The position numbers and the translations under genes were made by a program. Positions 18,885-28,356 of a stretch of 64,000 bases of DNA are shown here, piece after piece. Source of the stretch: a bacterium (lineage in GTDB: Bacteria; Patescibacteriota; Minisyncoccia; Phycocordibacterales; UBA1006); NCBI GenBank assembly GCA_030433255.1, contig JAUIMI010000001.1, positions 311,362-375,361 on the forward strand. Reading direction: 5' to 3'. Under the pieces are notes generated by a model. That model did no database searches. It saw only the letters and a program-made list of their open reading frames with translations, and was not told the origin of the DNA. The first letter of the stretch is position 1; the number at the start of each line of letters is the position of its first letter.

Positions 18885-19083
18885 GAGCTTCAAAATCAAT
18901 TACTGGTAAATTATCATTATGATTTGGAAAGATCATAAAATTAGTATCTGGTTGATGATACAACTGTAAAAACCAACCGCCGTTGTTGGTTACTTTTACA
19001 ACACCTACTTTATGATAAATATGTTTGTCGTTATCAACCTTATTAACAGTTTTACGAGTAACAACGTTATAAAATTTAGTCAT
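18871..19083 (-). CDS. Small hypothetical mobile-element protein
   Basis: MTKFYNVVTRK...KVGVVK...WFLQLY; overlaps the rep start; start moved to ATG 19083. Confidence 0.55.
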   Translation of the reverse strand: MTKFYNVVTRKTVNKVDNDKHIYHKVGVVKVTNNGGWFLQLYHQPDTNFMIFPNHNDNLPVIDFEAHATE

Positions 19084-19186
19084 ACTAAAATTCAATTTTA
19101 TGTACGTTTTAACCTTAGGGAAAACCCAATACAAATCAAAATCGAAAATATTTTGTTTCAATAGAAAGTCGCAAAACCCTTGACTT

Positions 19187-19214
19187 TTGTCGGACAAGTA
19201 GTGTTGTGCGACGT
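19187..19214. other. dif-like Xer recombination site (right island boundary)
   Basis: TTGTCGGACAA-GTAGTG-TTGTGCGACGT; right arm identical to that of the left site. Confidence 0.65.
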
Positions 19215-19435
19215 TATATTAAAATGACATATTTTATAAAAACCACCCTATTTACATACTTTTCCTAAAATAAAAACCACCTAGTTTCTAAGGTGATGGT
19301 TTTTATCCCTCACAAGAAATACAAACATTCATTTCTTGTTCTTTTTGTTTACCTGCTACCTCTTCACTGGTAAATGGATCAATATAGGTATCTTTCATAA
19401 TTTTAATTATATTAAACGTGTATACAATAATTATA

Positions 19436-19879
19436 CTATTTTTTCTCTATTACTAAAAATAGCTGGCTCTTTGTGTTGTATGCTTCGAGGGTTAAGGTAT
19501 ACTTGCCTGCCTCTTTGAATGCGTACTTCTCTTTATATAAGGTGTTGGGTGTATTTAAGTGTAACTGCTCGTGTACAGCTCTTATAATTTCTTTTAAACC
19601 TAGCGCATGATATAGAGAACCTTTTTCATTTAATTTCTCTCTTATGGTTATGGTTTTACCATTAATCAGGGATAGTGTTGTTTCTATTTTTTCCTGTTCC
19701 TTTTCTGCCTTATTAAGAGCAGCTGTTTTTGCTTGTTTGATTTTATTTAATGCTGTATTGGTAGCAACCTTTGCCAAACCTTTCGGGATAAGAGAGTTTT
19801 GAGCGTATCCATCTGAAACTTCAACAACCTCTCCTTTTTTACCAATACCTTTTATATGCTGTGTTAAAATAATTTTCAT
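19436..19879 (-). CDS. rplI: 50S ribosomal protein L9
   Basis: MKIIL...GKKGEVVEVSDGYAQN.LIPKG.A. Confidence 0.95.
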   Translation of the reverse strand: MKIILTQHIKGIGKKGEVVEVSDGYAQNSLIPKGLAKVATNTALNKIKQAKTAALNKAEKEQEKIETTLSLINGKTITIREKLNEKGSLYHALGLKEIIRAVHEQLHLNTPNTLYKEKYAFKEAGKYTLTLEAYNTKSQLFLVIEKK

Positions 19880-19881
19880 AC

Positions 19882-21063
19882 TTACTTTTCTTTAAACATA
19901 GTAATTGCTTCTTGTAATTGAATATCTGTATCAAATGATTGATTTGATTCAATATATACATCAGGTTCAATGCCTATTTCTGATATGTGTTCTTTGTTTG
20001 GTGTTAACCAACGTGCCACTGTTACCTTTAGTGATGTTTTATTTGGTAAATTAATTAATTCTTGTACTGAACCCTTCCCGTAACTCGTCTCCCCTACTAT
20101 TGTTGCAACATTATTGTCTCTGAGTGCCCCAGCGACGATTTCTGATGCTGAAGCAGAGCCTTGGTTAATAAGGACTACAGTTTCATACTCGTGATCGTTT
20201 AATAAGTCATATCCAAAACTTCGATAGATAGTTTCTTCTTCTAAGTCTATACCAAATTGTTCACGTAAAACAACTGTTCCTTGCGGCAAGAAATAGCTTG
20301 CTAGTGTAACAGATGATGACAAGAATCCTCCTGGGTTATTTCTTAAATCAATAAGAAGTTTTGAGTAACCACCTTCTTTGAATTCAGTGAGTGCGTCTTT
20401 AAAACGATTATCTACTGTTTCATTAAAATTATATGAATGGATAATAAACACACCATCAATTACTTCCGTATCAAGTACTGGGATAGTGACAACATCTCTT
20501 GTTATATCTATATCCTGCGCTTCCGCTTCATCAAAACGAACAATCGTAAGAGTGACTTCTGTATTAATTTCACCTCTGATATAGCTAATAGCTTCATCAA
20601 GAGTTTTACCTGTTATATCTAGTCCATCAACGTGGGTAATAATATCGCCAGATTCTAATCCTGATAATTCTGCTGGAGAATCTTTGAGTGGGCTAATTAC
20701 GGTTAAATAGCCGTTACGTATTCCTATTTCAGCTCCGATACCTCCAAATTCACCTGAAATGGTTTCATCAAAGAATTGACTTGTAACAGGTGGAAGAAAT
20801 GCTGAGTAATCATCATGGTAAGAGTTTACGAGTCCTTCAATAGCTCCATAAATTTTTTCTTGATCTGTTGGTTCTTCAAAAGGATATTTTTTTTCTATTG
20901 TTGACCAAACCTCCCAAAATAAATCAAAATTCTCTTGGGAAGGTCGCTCATGTTTTATGGATTGAATATGGTTATATGAAAAATATCCAATTATAAAAAA
21001 AACAACTGCTAATAGAACATTATGAAAGGAAAATTTATTTTTTTGTGAATTATTATTATCCAT
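19882..21063 (-). CDS. ctpA: S41 carboxyl-terminal processing protease
   Basis: PDZ GIGA, DLRNNPGG, SASASEI, GKGSVQ. Confidence 0.92.
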   Translation of the reverse strand: MDNNNSQKNKFSFHNVLLAVVFFIIGYFSYNHIQSIKHERPSQENFDLFWEVWSTIEKKYPFEEPTDQEKIYGAIEGLVNSYHDDYSAFLPPVTSQFFDETISGEFGGIGAEIGIRNGYLTVISPLKDSPAELSGLESGDIITHVDGLDITGKTLDEAISYIRGEINTEVTLTIVRFDEAEAQDIDITRDVVTIPVLDTEVIDGVFIIHSYNFNETVDNRFKDALTEFKEGGYSKLLIDLRNNPGGFLSSSVTLASYFLPQGTVVLREQFGIDLEEETIYRSFGYDLLNDHEYETVVLINQGSASASEIVAGALRDNNVATIVGETSYGKGSVQELINLPNKTSLKVTVARWLTPNKEHISEIGIEPDVYIESNQSFDTDIQLQEAITMFKEK

Positions 21064-21068
21064 AATTA

Positions 21069-22247
21069 TTATTTGTACGCCTCTTTAGTATACCTGTTTT
21101 TTGGATCCCATGACATATATGAGTCTAAACTAATATCGTAAGTAGCATTTATTTGAGCTTTAACTTCATTAATTCCATATGTAGGAGTACCAAGATTAAA
21201 ATCTTGAATCCATGTACGTAGTTTATCTGGATCTTCATCTATTGAATGAGCTTTATCTATAGCTCCCTGCATTGCTGCACGTACAACTTCGTATGGATGT
21301 GCATTTGGGTTAGTATATCCAAAGAATCCAGAGCTGTAATGTGATGGATATACCATAGGTGCAATAGCATCAAAGTGCGGATAGATATCTTCAAAAACCT
21401 GACCAATACCAATGTCATCTTGAGCTGTTGTAACGAGCCCAAAAATATCTGCTGAAATAGGTATTCCTTTTGAGCGTAAACGATTGTCTATGTATTCATA
21501 GAAAGATTTCATTGTTGTTGCCCTGCTCTCCCCTTCAGCAATTTCATAATTAATATTATGAATAGATCCATCAGATGGGTATCTGATATAGTCAAAATTA
21601 ATTTCATCAAATCCTATTGCGTATGAATATTCTGCAATATCAGCTATGTAATCCCACGCAGCCTCCTTGTTTGGGTTTATAAATGCAAGACCTTTTCTAT
21701 CAGTCCATACCTCGTTATTATCAATTCTTTTAAAAGACCAGTCAGGATTTTTCTTTGATAAAAGAGGATCTTGAAATGTTGTTAGTCTTCCTATGACGTA
21801 AATATTATTATCATGAAGTCTTTCTATAAGGCTATTGATGTCACGAATACGTGTCGAATCAGTAGAATACTTTTGGACCAAAGGGATATCAGTTGGGAAT
21901 GAAATTACTCCAGTTGAGTCCTTAATATCGATTACTACGGCATTAATATCTGACTCTGTTACAAAGTCAATTAACTTATTAATAAGTGATGGTGTTCCAG
22001 CAACCCAGCTTGAGATATAAATTGCTCGTACAGAGTCTGGTGTTGCTATGTGGCCTGCATTAGTACGTGTTCTGTATTCTTCTACTTTTTTAATAAAAGA
22101 ATAATTTCTATGTGTTGTTTCGAGAAAGGTGTTTTCATACGTATTAACTATATTGTATTGTTCTGCATTATACTCAACAAAAACAACTAGCGAAATGATA
22201 GTTGTCATAACAAAGAGTGGTGTTGTAAAATATGACCTTTTAGTCAT
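21069..22247 (-). CDS. Putative glycoside hydrolase (DUF4015)
   Basis: NAVVIDIKD, FQDP, GFDEINFDYIRYP, PMVYPSHY, WIQDF. Confidence 0.85.
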   Translation of the reverse strand: MTKRSYFTTPLFVMTTIISLVVFVEYNAEQYNIVNTYENTFLETTHRNYSFIKKVEEYRTRTNAGHIATPDSVRAIYISSWVAGTPSLINKLIDFVTESDINAVVIDIKDSTGVISFPTDIPLVQKYSTDSTRIRDINSLIERLHDNNIYVIGRLTTFQDPLLSKKNPDWSFKRIDNNEVWTDRKGLAFINPNKEAAWDYIADIAEYSYAIGFDEINFDYIRYPSDGSIHNINYEIAEGESRATTMKSFYEYIDNRLRSKGIPISADIFGLVTTAQDDIGIGQVFEDIYPHFDAIAPMVYPSHYSSGFFGYTNPNAHPYEVVRAAMQGAIDKAHSIDEDPDKLRTWIQDFNLGTPTYGINEVKAQINATYDISLDSYMSWDPKNRYTKEAYK

Positions 22248-22533
22248 GATTATTTATGACCACATCAGAAATACGTGATTGTTTTGAGGATTCTTCTGTT
22301 TTATTTTGCTCTTTGAATCGTTCTTGTAGTTCTTTTACATAGTCTTGAAGAGATGTTTCCTCATCGACATCTTGAATGATCCCTGATTTGTGACGGAGAA
22401 AAAGTGTAGCGCTTCCAATAATGAATGCTAAAACGATTACATATAAATTCTCCCACAATTCAGGAAACCCTAAAAAGGGAAATATAAGTAGGAGTAAACT
22501 GGAAATAAGTATAATACGGGTATATTTTTTCAT
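22240..22533 (-). CDS. Hypothetical two-TM protein
   Basis: Two hydrophobic segments with PFLGFP; first gene of an operon. Confidence 0.7.
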   Translation of the reverse strand: MKKYTRIILISSLLLLIFPFLGFPELWENLYVIVLAFIIGSATLFLRHKSGIIQDVDEETSLQDYVKELQERFKEQNKTEESSKQSRISDVVINNHD

Positions 22534-22585
22534 ACAAAGATTATATCAAAAAAGACAAAATGATTCATCTTGTCTTATATCTAAA

Positions 22586-23275
22586 TTATTTATCAATAAT
22601 AATTACACATTCACCACGAACATGTTCAGGATTTTCTTTAAAAAAAAGATATACCTCTTGTGCAGTACCTCGTACTGTTTCCTCAAATAGCTTTGTTAAT
22701 TCTCTTCCTACGGCAATATTTCTATTATCACCAAAACGATTATTCAGTTCTAATAGAGTTTTTAACAAACGATGTGGCGATTCATAAAATACACTCATTC
22801 TTGAAGATTGTTCAATTTCATTAAATATTTTATTCCGCCCTTTTTTATGAGGGAGGAAGCCATAAAAGGTAAATTGATTTCCGATAAACCCAGTTGTGGT
22901 AATTGCTGTGATGAGTGCAGATGCTCCAGGTATTGAAGTAATCTTTGTGCTAGGACATTCTTCCCATAAACGATGTATTAAACGAACACCAGGATCAGAG
23001 ATGGTTGGTGTCCCTGCATCAGAAACAAGTCCAAAAGTCATTCCGTTGTTAATACGTTCAATAATAGAGTTTTCTTTATTCTCGCTTGCTTGTGCGTGAT
23101 AGCTTTCCGTGGGTGTTGTAATCGAATAATGTTGCAAAAGTTTTCGGGTAACACGAGTATCTTCACATAAAATAGTATCTACTTCAGTAAGAATTTTCAG
23201 TGCTCTGTGAGTAATATCCTCTAGATTCCCTATTGGCGTTGCTATGATATAAAATTCGTTTTTGTGTTCTTTCAT
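22586..23275 (-). CDS. rsmI: 16S rRNA (cytidine1402-2'-O)-methyltransferase
   Basis: ATPIGNLEDIT, CEDTR, SDAGTP.ISDPG, YESPHR, RELTK. Confidence 0.95.
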   Translation of the reverse strand: MKEHKNEFYIIATPIGNLEDITHRALKILTEVDTILCEDTRVTRKLLQHYSITTPTESYHAQASENKENSIIERINNGMTFGLVSDAGTPTISDPGVRLIHRLWEECPSTKITSIPGASALITAITTTGFIGNQFTFYGFLPHKKGRNKIFNEIEQSSRMSVFYESPHRLLKTLLELNNRFGDNRNIAVGRELTKLFEETVRGTAQEVYLFFKENPEHVRGECVIIIDK

Positions 23276-23280
23276 ATAAT

Positions 23281-23631
23281 CTATAATTCTCTTCCCTCAA
23301 CGTCTATCGTTGATGATGTATTGATACGATTTTTAACGGTATCAGTTATTTGCTTACTTAATTTTTCTGTTATTTTTTTTAAAAAACGAAAAAGAATAAT
23401 ATCAAAAACTAAAATTACAAGCAGTATAAACCCGAATATTTTAAAAAATAAGTACCCATAGTGAAAACCCACAAATAATGATCCACCCGAGAGAACACCT
23501 AAAGCAATGAAACTTATAACAAAAAAACCTTCAATAAAACCAAATGAGGTATCAGCAAGAAGTTCATCAGGAGCATTATACCCTTGTCGTGCTTTTAATG
23601 CGTAGTCAATATATTTAAAAAACCCAAACAT
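23281..23631 (-). CDS. Hypothetical membrane protein
   Basis: Two TM helices; -10 box 6 nt upstream of the ATG. Confidence 0.65.
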   Translation of the reverse strand: MFGFFKYIDYALKARQGYNAPDELLADTSFGFIEGFFVISFIALGVLSGGSLFVGFHYGYLFFKIFGFILLVILVFDIILFRFLKKITEKLSKQITDTVKNRINTSSTIDVEGREL

Positions 23632-23689
23632 ACAAAAAGTATAACAAAGACTCTGTTTTTTTCATATTTTCATGTTATCATCTCTGTAT

Positions 23690-23771
23690 GCCCAGATGGT
23701 GGAATTGGTATACACACATGGTTGAGGGCCATGGCTCATTGAGCATGCGGGTTCGAGCCCCGCTTTGGGCA
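23690..23771 (+). tRNA. tRNA-Leu(GAG), CCA not encoded
   Basis: GCCCAGA/TTTGGGC acceptor stem, anticodon arm CATGG-TTGAGGG-CCATG, long variable arm, GGTTCGAG T-loop. Confidence 0.95.
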
Positions 23772-23810
23772 CAAAACAAAAAAGACATATTCGATATGTC
23801 TTTTTTTTGC

Positions 23811-24251
23811 TTAAGCTTCTTGTGGTAGATGTTCACAAACAATACCATCTTTATCTCCATCTAATCTATTAACATCAGTTCCACACTGTTCGTATACTCG
23901 TTGTGCCTCTGGTTGAGTTGCAAAATCATCACAATTATAATCATAATAATCTGCATTCTGAGCATCACAAATCATTCCAATATTAATTAAATTTCCATCT
24001 TCATCACGTTCGAGAAGTGCTTCTTTTAATGATCCAGTTTTCCATAGTGTTTGAAGATCAAAATCCTTGTCGGCTACTTCTAGTCCAGTAGCTAAACCAG
24101 CGACACCTCCAACAACTGCTGCGCCAGTCTGAAGTGTTTTATTTTCAGTCTTATCTCCATGCCACCACATTACAGCAGCAATAGCGATAATAATTAATAA
24201 TACAATTAATCGAGTGTTTTTATTTCCTCGAGATTTTTGAAATTTACTCAT
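23811..24251 (-). CDS. Membrane protein with Excalibur calcium-binding domain
   Basis: C-terminal NCDDF...[12 protein letters not shown]. Confidence 0.75.
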   Translation of the reverse strand: MSKFQKSRGNKNTRLIVLLIIIAIAAVMWWHGDKTENKTLQTGAAVVGGVAGLATGLEVADKDFDLQTLWKTGSLKEALLERDEDGNLINIGMICDAQNADYYDYNCDDFATQPEAQRVYEQCGTDVNRLDGDKDGIVCEHLPQEA

Positions 24252-24337
24252 ACTTACCTATTATACAAATAATTTAATATTTTTGTCATTTGTTAAAGTA
24301 AAAATATTTGGTAAAATTAATAAAAAAAATAAACACT

Positions 24338-24718
24338 ATGACGTTAAAAATTGAATCTTCTGATCTTGATATTGGTACCTGTTATTGTGTGTTGCATAAG
24401 CTACTAAAACCTATTATTAAACCAAAAAATAAAGACATTTTTTTAAAAATTAATAGGGTTATTGATATTTCTGAGAGAAATCCAGAAACATTGAGAAAGT
24501 TTATATCTTATATTCTTGGTGGTTTTAATTACCAAACACAACCAAGAAAACCATTTGTTAATCATTTACTCAAACAAATAGAGGGGAATAAGGCGTTTAT
24601 TGCTGGAGGAACACACGAAGAGGGAATGTTTTTATTTTTGTATATTGAAAATAAAGATTACATAACCTGCAAAATATCAACTCCAGACCTTTTTTTAAAA
24701 AAATATCTAATTAATTAA
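24338..24718 (+). CDS. Hypothetical protein (AT-rich ORFan)
   Basis: Counter-oriented ORF with its own promoter-like sequence and A-rich leader; ATG at 24338. Confidence 0.55.
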   Translation: MTLKIESSDLDIGTCYCVLHKLLKPIIKPKNKDIFLKINRVIDISERNPETLRKFISYILGGFNYQTQPRKPFVNHLLKQIEGNKAFIAGGTHEEGMFLFLYIENKDYITCKISTPDLFLKKYLIN

Positions 24719-24742
24719 CAAAAAGCACTCTTTCTGAGTGCT

Positions 24743-25321
24743 TTATTTTTTAAAGAAATTTGCTGCCATTCCAAGAATATCATCAACAACACTTCCGTCA
24801 TTATCTTTATCAAGAAGGGATGTGGCAATGTTTGATAGCATTCCTGAATCCTTAAGTGTTTGTTTTTCACTCTGGAGGAGGTCAAAAATACCACCTGCAT
24901 CTAGGTTAGATGAGCTTTTTTTAGAGCCAATTTGACCAAGAATAAGAGGAGCTGCCATTTCTAATAATTTAGAGGTGGAACCTGAATCAGTATTGTTATT
25001 CTTAGCTAAAACAGTTGTTAAATCTTCAGCACTTGAACCAAAGATGTGCCCGAGTATTTTACCACCCTTTGTATCTACTTCGGGGTTAACTAAATCATCA
25101 ATATTATCTAGAATTGAACCATCATGGCTATCAAGAGCTGTATTTAATGATGATAATCCTTCTTTCGATTTTGTATTATCTGCAATTTTAGTAAGAATAA
25201 TTGGACCAGCCTGAGAGAGGATTGATTGTGCAGTAGAGCTATCAACTCCTGCTGACTGTGCTATTTTTTCTATCCCTTGATCCCCAACTTTTGATAGTAT
25301 TCCTGTTAGTAATGATTCCAT
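24743..25321 (-). CDS. DUF937 domain protein
   Basis: L..AL.SHDGSILD, GGKILGHIFG, LDKDNDGSVVDD. Confidence 0.85.
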   Translation of the reverse strand: MESLLTGILSKVGDQGIEKIAQSAGVDSSTAQSILSQAGPIILTKIADNTKSKEGLSSLNTALDSHDGSILDNIDDLVNPEVDTKGGKILGHIFGSSAEDLTTVLAKNNNTDSGSTSKLLEMAAPLILGQIGSKKSSSNLDAGGIFDLLQSEKQTLKDSGMLSNIATSLLDKDNDGSVVDDILGMAANFFKK

Positions 25322-25323
25322 AT

Positions 25324-26697
25324 TTATATTTGTTCGTTAATTTCTTTAATAATTTTTTGCGCTAATGAATCAGCCTTATCTTGAGAGGTTGCTTCTGTGT
25401 ATATTCTCATGATAGGTTCTGTGTTTGATTTACGCAAGTGGACCCATGATTCTTCAAAATCAATTTTAACCCCATCAATGTTTGAAATTTTTTCGGATTG
25501 ATAAGTGCTCAAAAAATGATCTAAAATATCATCAACGTTGATATTTGGACCTAATACAACTTTTTCTTTTGCCATAAAATAATCAACATAACGTGAACGT
25601 AATTCACTTGTTGATGTTTTTTCTTCACTCATGAATGTTAAAAACAAGGCTATTCCAACCAGTGCATCGCGCCCATAGTGAAGCGGAGGGTAAATAACAC
25701 CACCACTTCCCTCACCTCCAAATACTGCACTTACCTCTTTCATTTTTTCTACAACATTTTTTTCACCTACAGCTGAAGCAAAATATGGTTGATTATGTTT
25801 TTTTGCGATATCCGATAATGCTCGTGATGATGAAAGATTCGATACTGTTGGTCCTGGTGTTTTTGATAAAATATAATCAGCAATAGCAACGATAGTGTAC
25901 TCTTCTCCAAACATCTTCCCTTTTTCATCAACAAGAACAAGGCGATCAACATCAGGGTCGACAGCAATCCCTAAGTCTGATTCCGTTTGAAGTACCAGAG
26001 ACCTTAAATCACTTAGATTTTCTTTGAGTGGTTCTGGTGTATGTTTAAATTCTCCATTACATTCACAGTTAAGTCCGACTACTTCAACGCCAAGTTTTTC
26101 AAGAAGCATTGGAACAGCAATACCTCCTACTGAGTTAATAGCATCAACTGAAATTTTCAATTTTTGCGATTGAATTAATTCAACATTTACAAGATCAAGT
26201 GCACATATTTTTTCGATGTGTTCTTTAGTATGGTTGTAATACTTTGTTTCAGTACCCAGAGCATCAACACCAGCAAAGCTTATTTCTTTTGATTGTGAAA
26301 TAGTTAATATTGCCTCACCTTCTTCTGCTGATAAAAATTCACCATGTTCATTTAACATTTTTAAGCCATTATACTCTTTTGGATTATGACTTGCTGTGAT
26401 AATAATTGCTCCATCTGCCTTATGTTGAATAACCTGCATCTCGACGGTTGGTGTTGTTGCATAATCTAAATTAATAACGTTAACACCAAGCCCAATAAGT
26501 GTTTGAACCGTAATATCTAGTATCATTTTTCCTGATACCCTTCCGTCACGCCCAACTACAACAGTAGGGGTTGATTCTTTGTTTAATACCCATGTCCCGT
26601 AAGCTGACACAAAAGAAGTAATGTCGATAGGGGTTAGGTTTTCTTTTGGAATCCCGCCAATTGTTCCACGGATTCCTGAAATAGATGTAATTAACAT
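25324..26697 (-). CDS. glmM: Phosphoglucosamine mutase / phosphomannomutase
   Basis: SISGIRG, TASHNP, DPDVDR, GGEGSGG, RKSNTEP. Confidence 0.85.
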   Translation of the reverse strand: MLITSISGIRGTIGGIPKENLTPIDITSFVSAYGTWVLNKESTPTVVVGRDGRVSGKMILDITVQTLIGLGVNVINLDYATTPTVEMQVIQHKADGAIIITASHNPKEYNGLKMLNEHGEFLSAEEGEAILTISQSKEISFAGVDALGTETKYYNHTKEHIEKICALDLVNVELIQSQKLKISVDAINSVGGIAVPMLLEKLGVEVVGLNCECNGEFKHTPEPLKENLSDLRSLVLQTESDLGIAVDPDVDRLVLVDEKGKMFGEEYTIVAIADYILSKTPGPTVSNLSSSRALSDIAKKHNQPYFASAVGEKNVVEKMKEVSAVFGGEGSGGVIYPPLHYGRDALVGIALFLTFMSEEKTSTSELRSRYVDYFMAKEKVVLGPNINVDDILDHFLSTYQSEKISNIDGVKIDFEESWVHLRKSNTEPIMRIYTEATSQDKADSLAQKIIKEINEQI

Positions 26698-26699
26698 AT

Positions 26700-26960
26700 T
26701 TATGTTCGCTTAAACCATCCGGTAATATTAATATTAAAATACTGAAGTACGGAAATAAATAATCCAGTCATAAGTGCTTCATCAATATTCCCTAAAAATG
26801 GGAGTGTGTCAGGCAAAATCTCAATGAAACCAAAGGTAAAATTAAGCAGGTAAACTATTGATACTATTCCTAATACAAGCATTCCGTAATCTTTTGGTTG
26901 AGTAAAGAAGTTTTTCTTTTTTTTATTAATTTTGATATCTGGTTGTTGTTGAGTATTCAT
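26700..26960 (-). CDS. DUF1232 (YkvA) family membrane protein
   Basis: YLL...ILPD.LPFLG.IDE. Confidence 0.75.
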   Translation of the reverse strand: MNTQQQPDIKINKKKKNFFTQPKDYGMLVLGIVSIVYLLNFTFGFIEILPDTLPFLGNIDEALMTGLFISVLQYFNINITGWFKRT

Positions 26961-26977
26961 GATACTAAGTATACCAA

Positions 26978-27667
26978 TTATTTTCGTTCTGAAATACGTT
27001 TTGGAAGTGGTGGTAACTTAAATGATGCTTTTGGGTAAATTGCAGTAAGCTCATCGTGTACCTCTTTTGCGTGTGCTGGTGCGTAATAGCGTCCATAGAG
27101 TACGAGATAGTGGTTCATATTTCCCCATTCTGATTGAGGTACCAACTCCATTAAATCACGTTCAATTGAAACAGGTGTGTATGGTGCATCTACTAAATCA
27201 AATTTTCGTGCGATACGTATTGCATGGGTATCAATGGCAATACCTTCATGTATTCCATAGAGATTAGAAAGAACAACACAGGCAGTTTTATGACCTGCGC
27301 CAGGAATCATTTCTAATTCTCGTAATGTTCTTGGCAACTCTCCATCCCATTTTTCTAATACCATATTTGCAGCAGCAATGATATTTTTAGCCTTGTTTCT
27401 GTAAAAACCTGTAGAATAAATATCTTGTTCAAATTCTTTAATCTGCGCATCGGCATAGGATTGAATAGTTGGATATTTTTTAAATAATTTTCTTGTGACA
27501 ATATTTACTCGTTTGTCAGTGCATTGTGCAGATAAAATTACTGCAACAAGAAATTCAAAATCAGTTGTGTACTGTAAGTCGGAAACAGGATCAGGAAATT
27601 TTCTTCGAAAAATTTCAAGCATCTTATTCATTCGTTCTTTTCGTATTTTTTTCTTGTAAGGAGTCAT
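26978..27667 (-). CDS. nth: Endonuclease III lacking the Fe-S cysteine motif
   Basis: LSAQCTDKRVN, HhH PGAGHKTA, AIDTH; no C-terminal Cys cluster. Confidence 0.9.
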   Translation of the reverse strand: MTPYKKKIRKERMNKMLEIFRRKFPDPVSDLQYTTDFEFLVAVILSAQCTDKRVNIVTRKLFKKYPTIQSYADAQIKEFEQDIYSTGFYRNKAKNIIAAANMVLEKWDGELPRTLRELEMIPGAGHKTACVVLSNLYGIHEGIAIDTHAIRIARKFDLVDAPYTPVSIERDLMELVPQSEWGNMNHYLVLYGRYYAPAHAKEVHDELTAIYPKASFKLPPLPKRISERK

Positions 27668-27735
27668 ACTACTAGTCTAGAATTGATTCAAAAAAGCGCA
27701 AGAAAAGAGTGCCTAAAAACACTCTTTTTGATTCA

Positions 27736-28263
27736 TTAATTTTGAATTGTAATTTCATCACCATCAAACAACAACGAATTTCCTATAGATTGAGTAAATA
27801 ATTCACTTCTTTCTTTTGAAATAATTTGAGAATTATATAAAAAATTTAAAAAATTTATTGCTTCATATTTATATTTAAACACATGACTCAGGGTAATATG
27901 CTCCCCTTCTTCTTCAAGAGTAAACGCATACTCTCGCGTTTTCTTTGAAAAAGCAAAGAAAATATTATTTTCATCCCTATCTTTATTAGATACGTTAATT
28001 TGTAAATCAGGTAATAAGCTGTAGATAGTAAAATATACGCTAAATATACCAGGTAATTTTGATATTAATTTAGGACTTGATAAAAAATATTGAACATGAA
28101 TCTGAACTTCTTCTAATGATATTAGATTATCATTATAAAATTCTGCAATTTGTTGAATAAACTTCTCAGCCAAGGTAAATGGTCCACAAGAAGCGCCCTC
28201 TCCAATTTTCATACATACCTGTAAATTGTCTTTAGAGTAAACAACAGTAAGTCTTTTGCTCAT
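27736..28263 (-). CDS. Hypothetical protein (AT-rich ORFan)
   Basis: 175-aa ORF between two hairpins with an A-rich leader. Confidence 0.55.
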   Translation of the reverse strand: MSKRLTVVYSKDNLQVCMKIGEGASCGPFTLAEKFIQQIAEFYNDNLISLEEVQIHVQYFLSSPKLISKLPGIFSVYFTIYSLLPDLQINVSNKDRDENNIFFAFSKKTREYAFTLEEEGEHITLSHVFKYKYEAINFLNFLYNSQIISKERSELFTQSIGNSLLFDGDEITIQN

Positions 28264-28356
28264 AATGTTTTTATTTTTTGTATTTATTTAATTAAAACAT
28301 AATTTTATTAAATAACAAAATTAAATAAAATAACTTCCATATTGGAAGTTATTTTA

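Larger units (their letters stand above)
2464..19214. mobile_element. Composite genomic island between two dif-like sites
   Basis: 15-bp direct repeat TGTTGTGCGACGTTA at 2479-2493 and 19202-19216; contains tyrosine and serine recombinases, a VirD4-like ATPase, rep and pseudogenes; flanked by housekeeping genes engB and rplI. Confidence 0.8.

Noticed and set aside
19336-19518. 60-aa plus-strand ORF at the island edge
   Set aside because: Non-ATG start, overlaps rplI antisense, low-complexity composition
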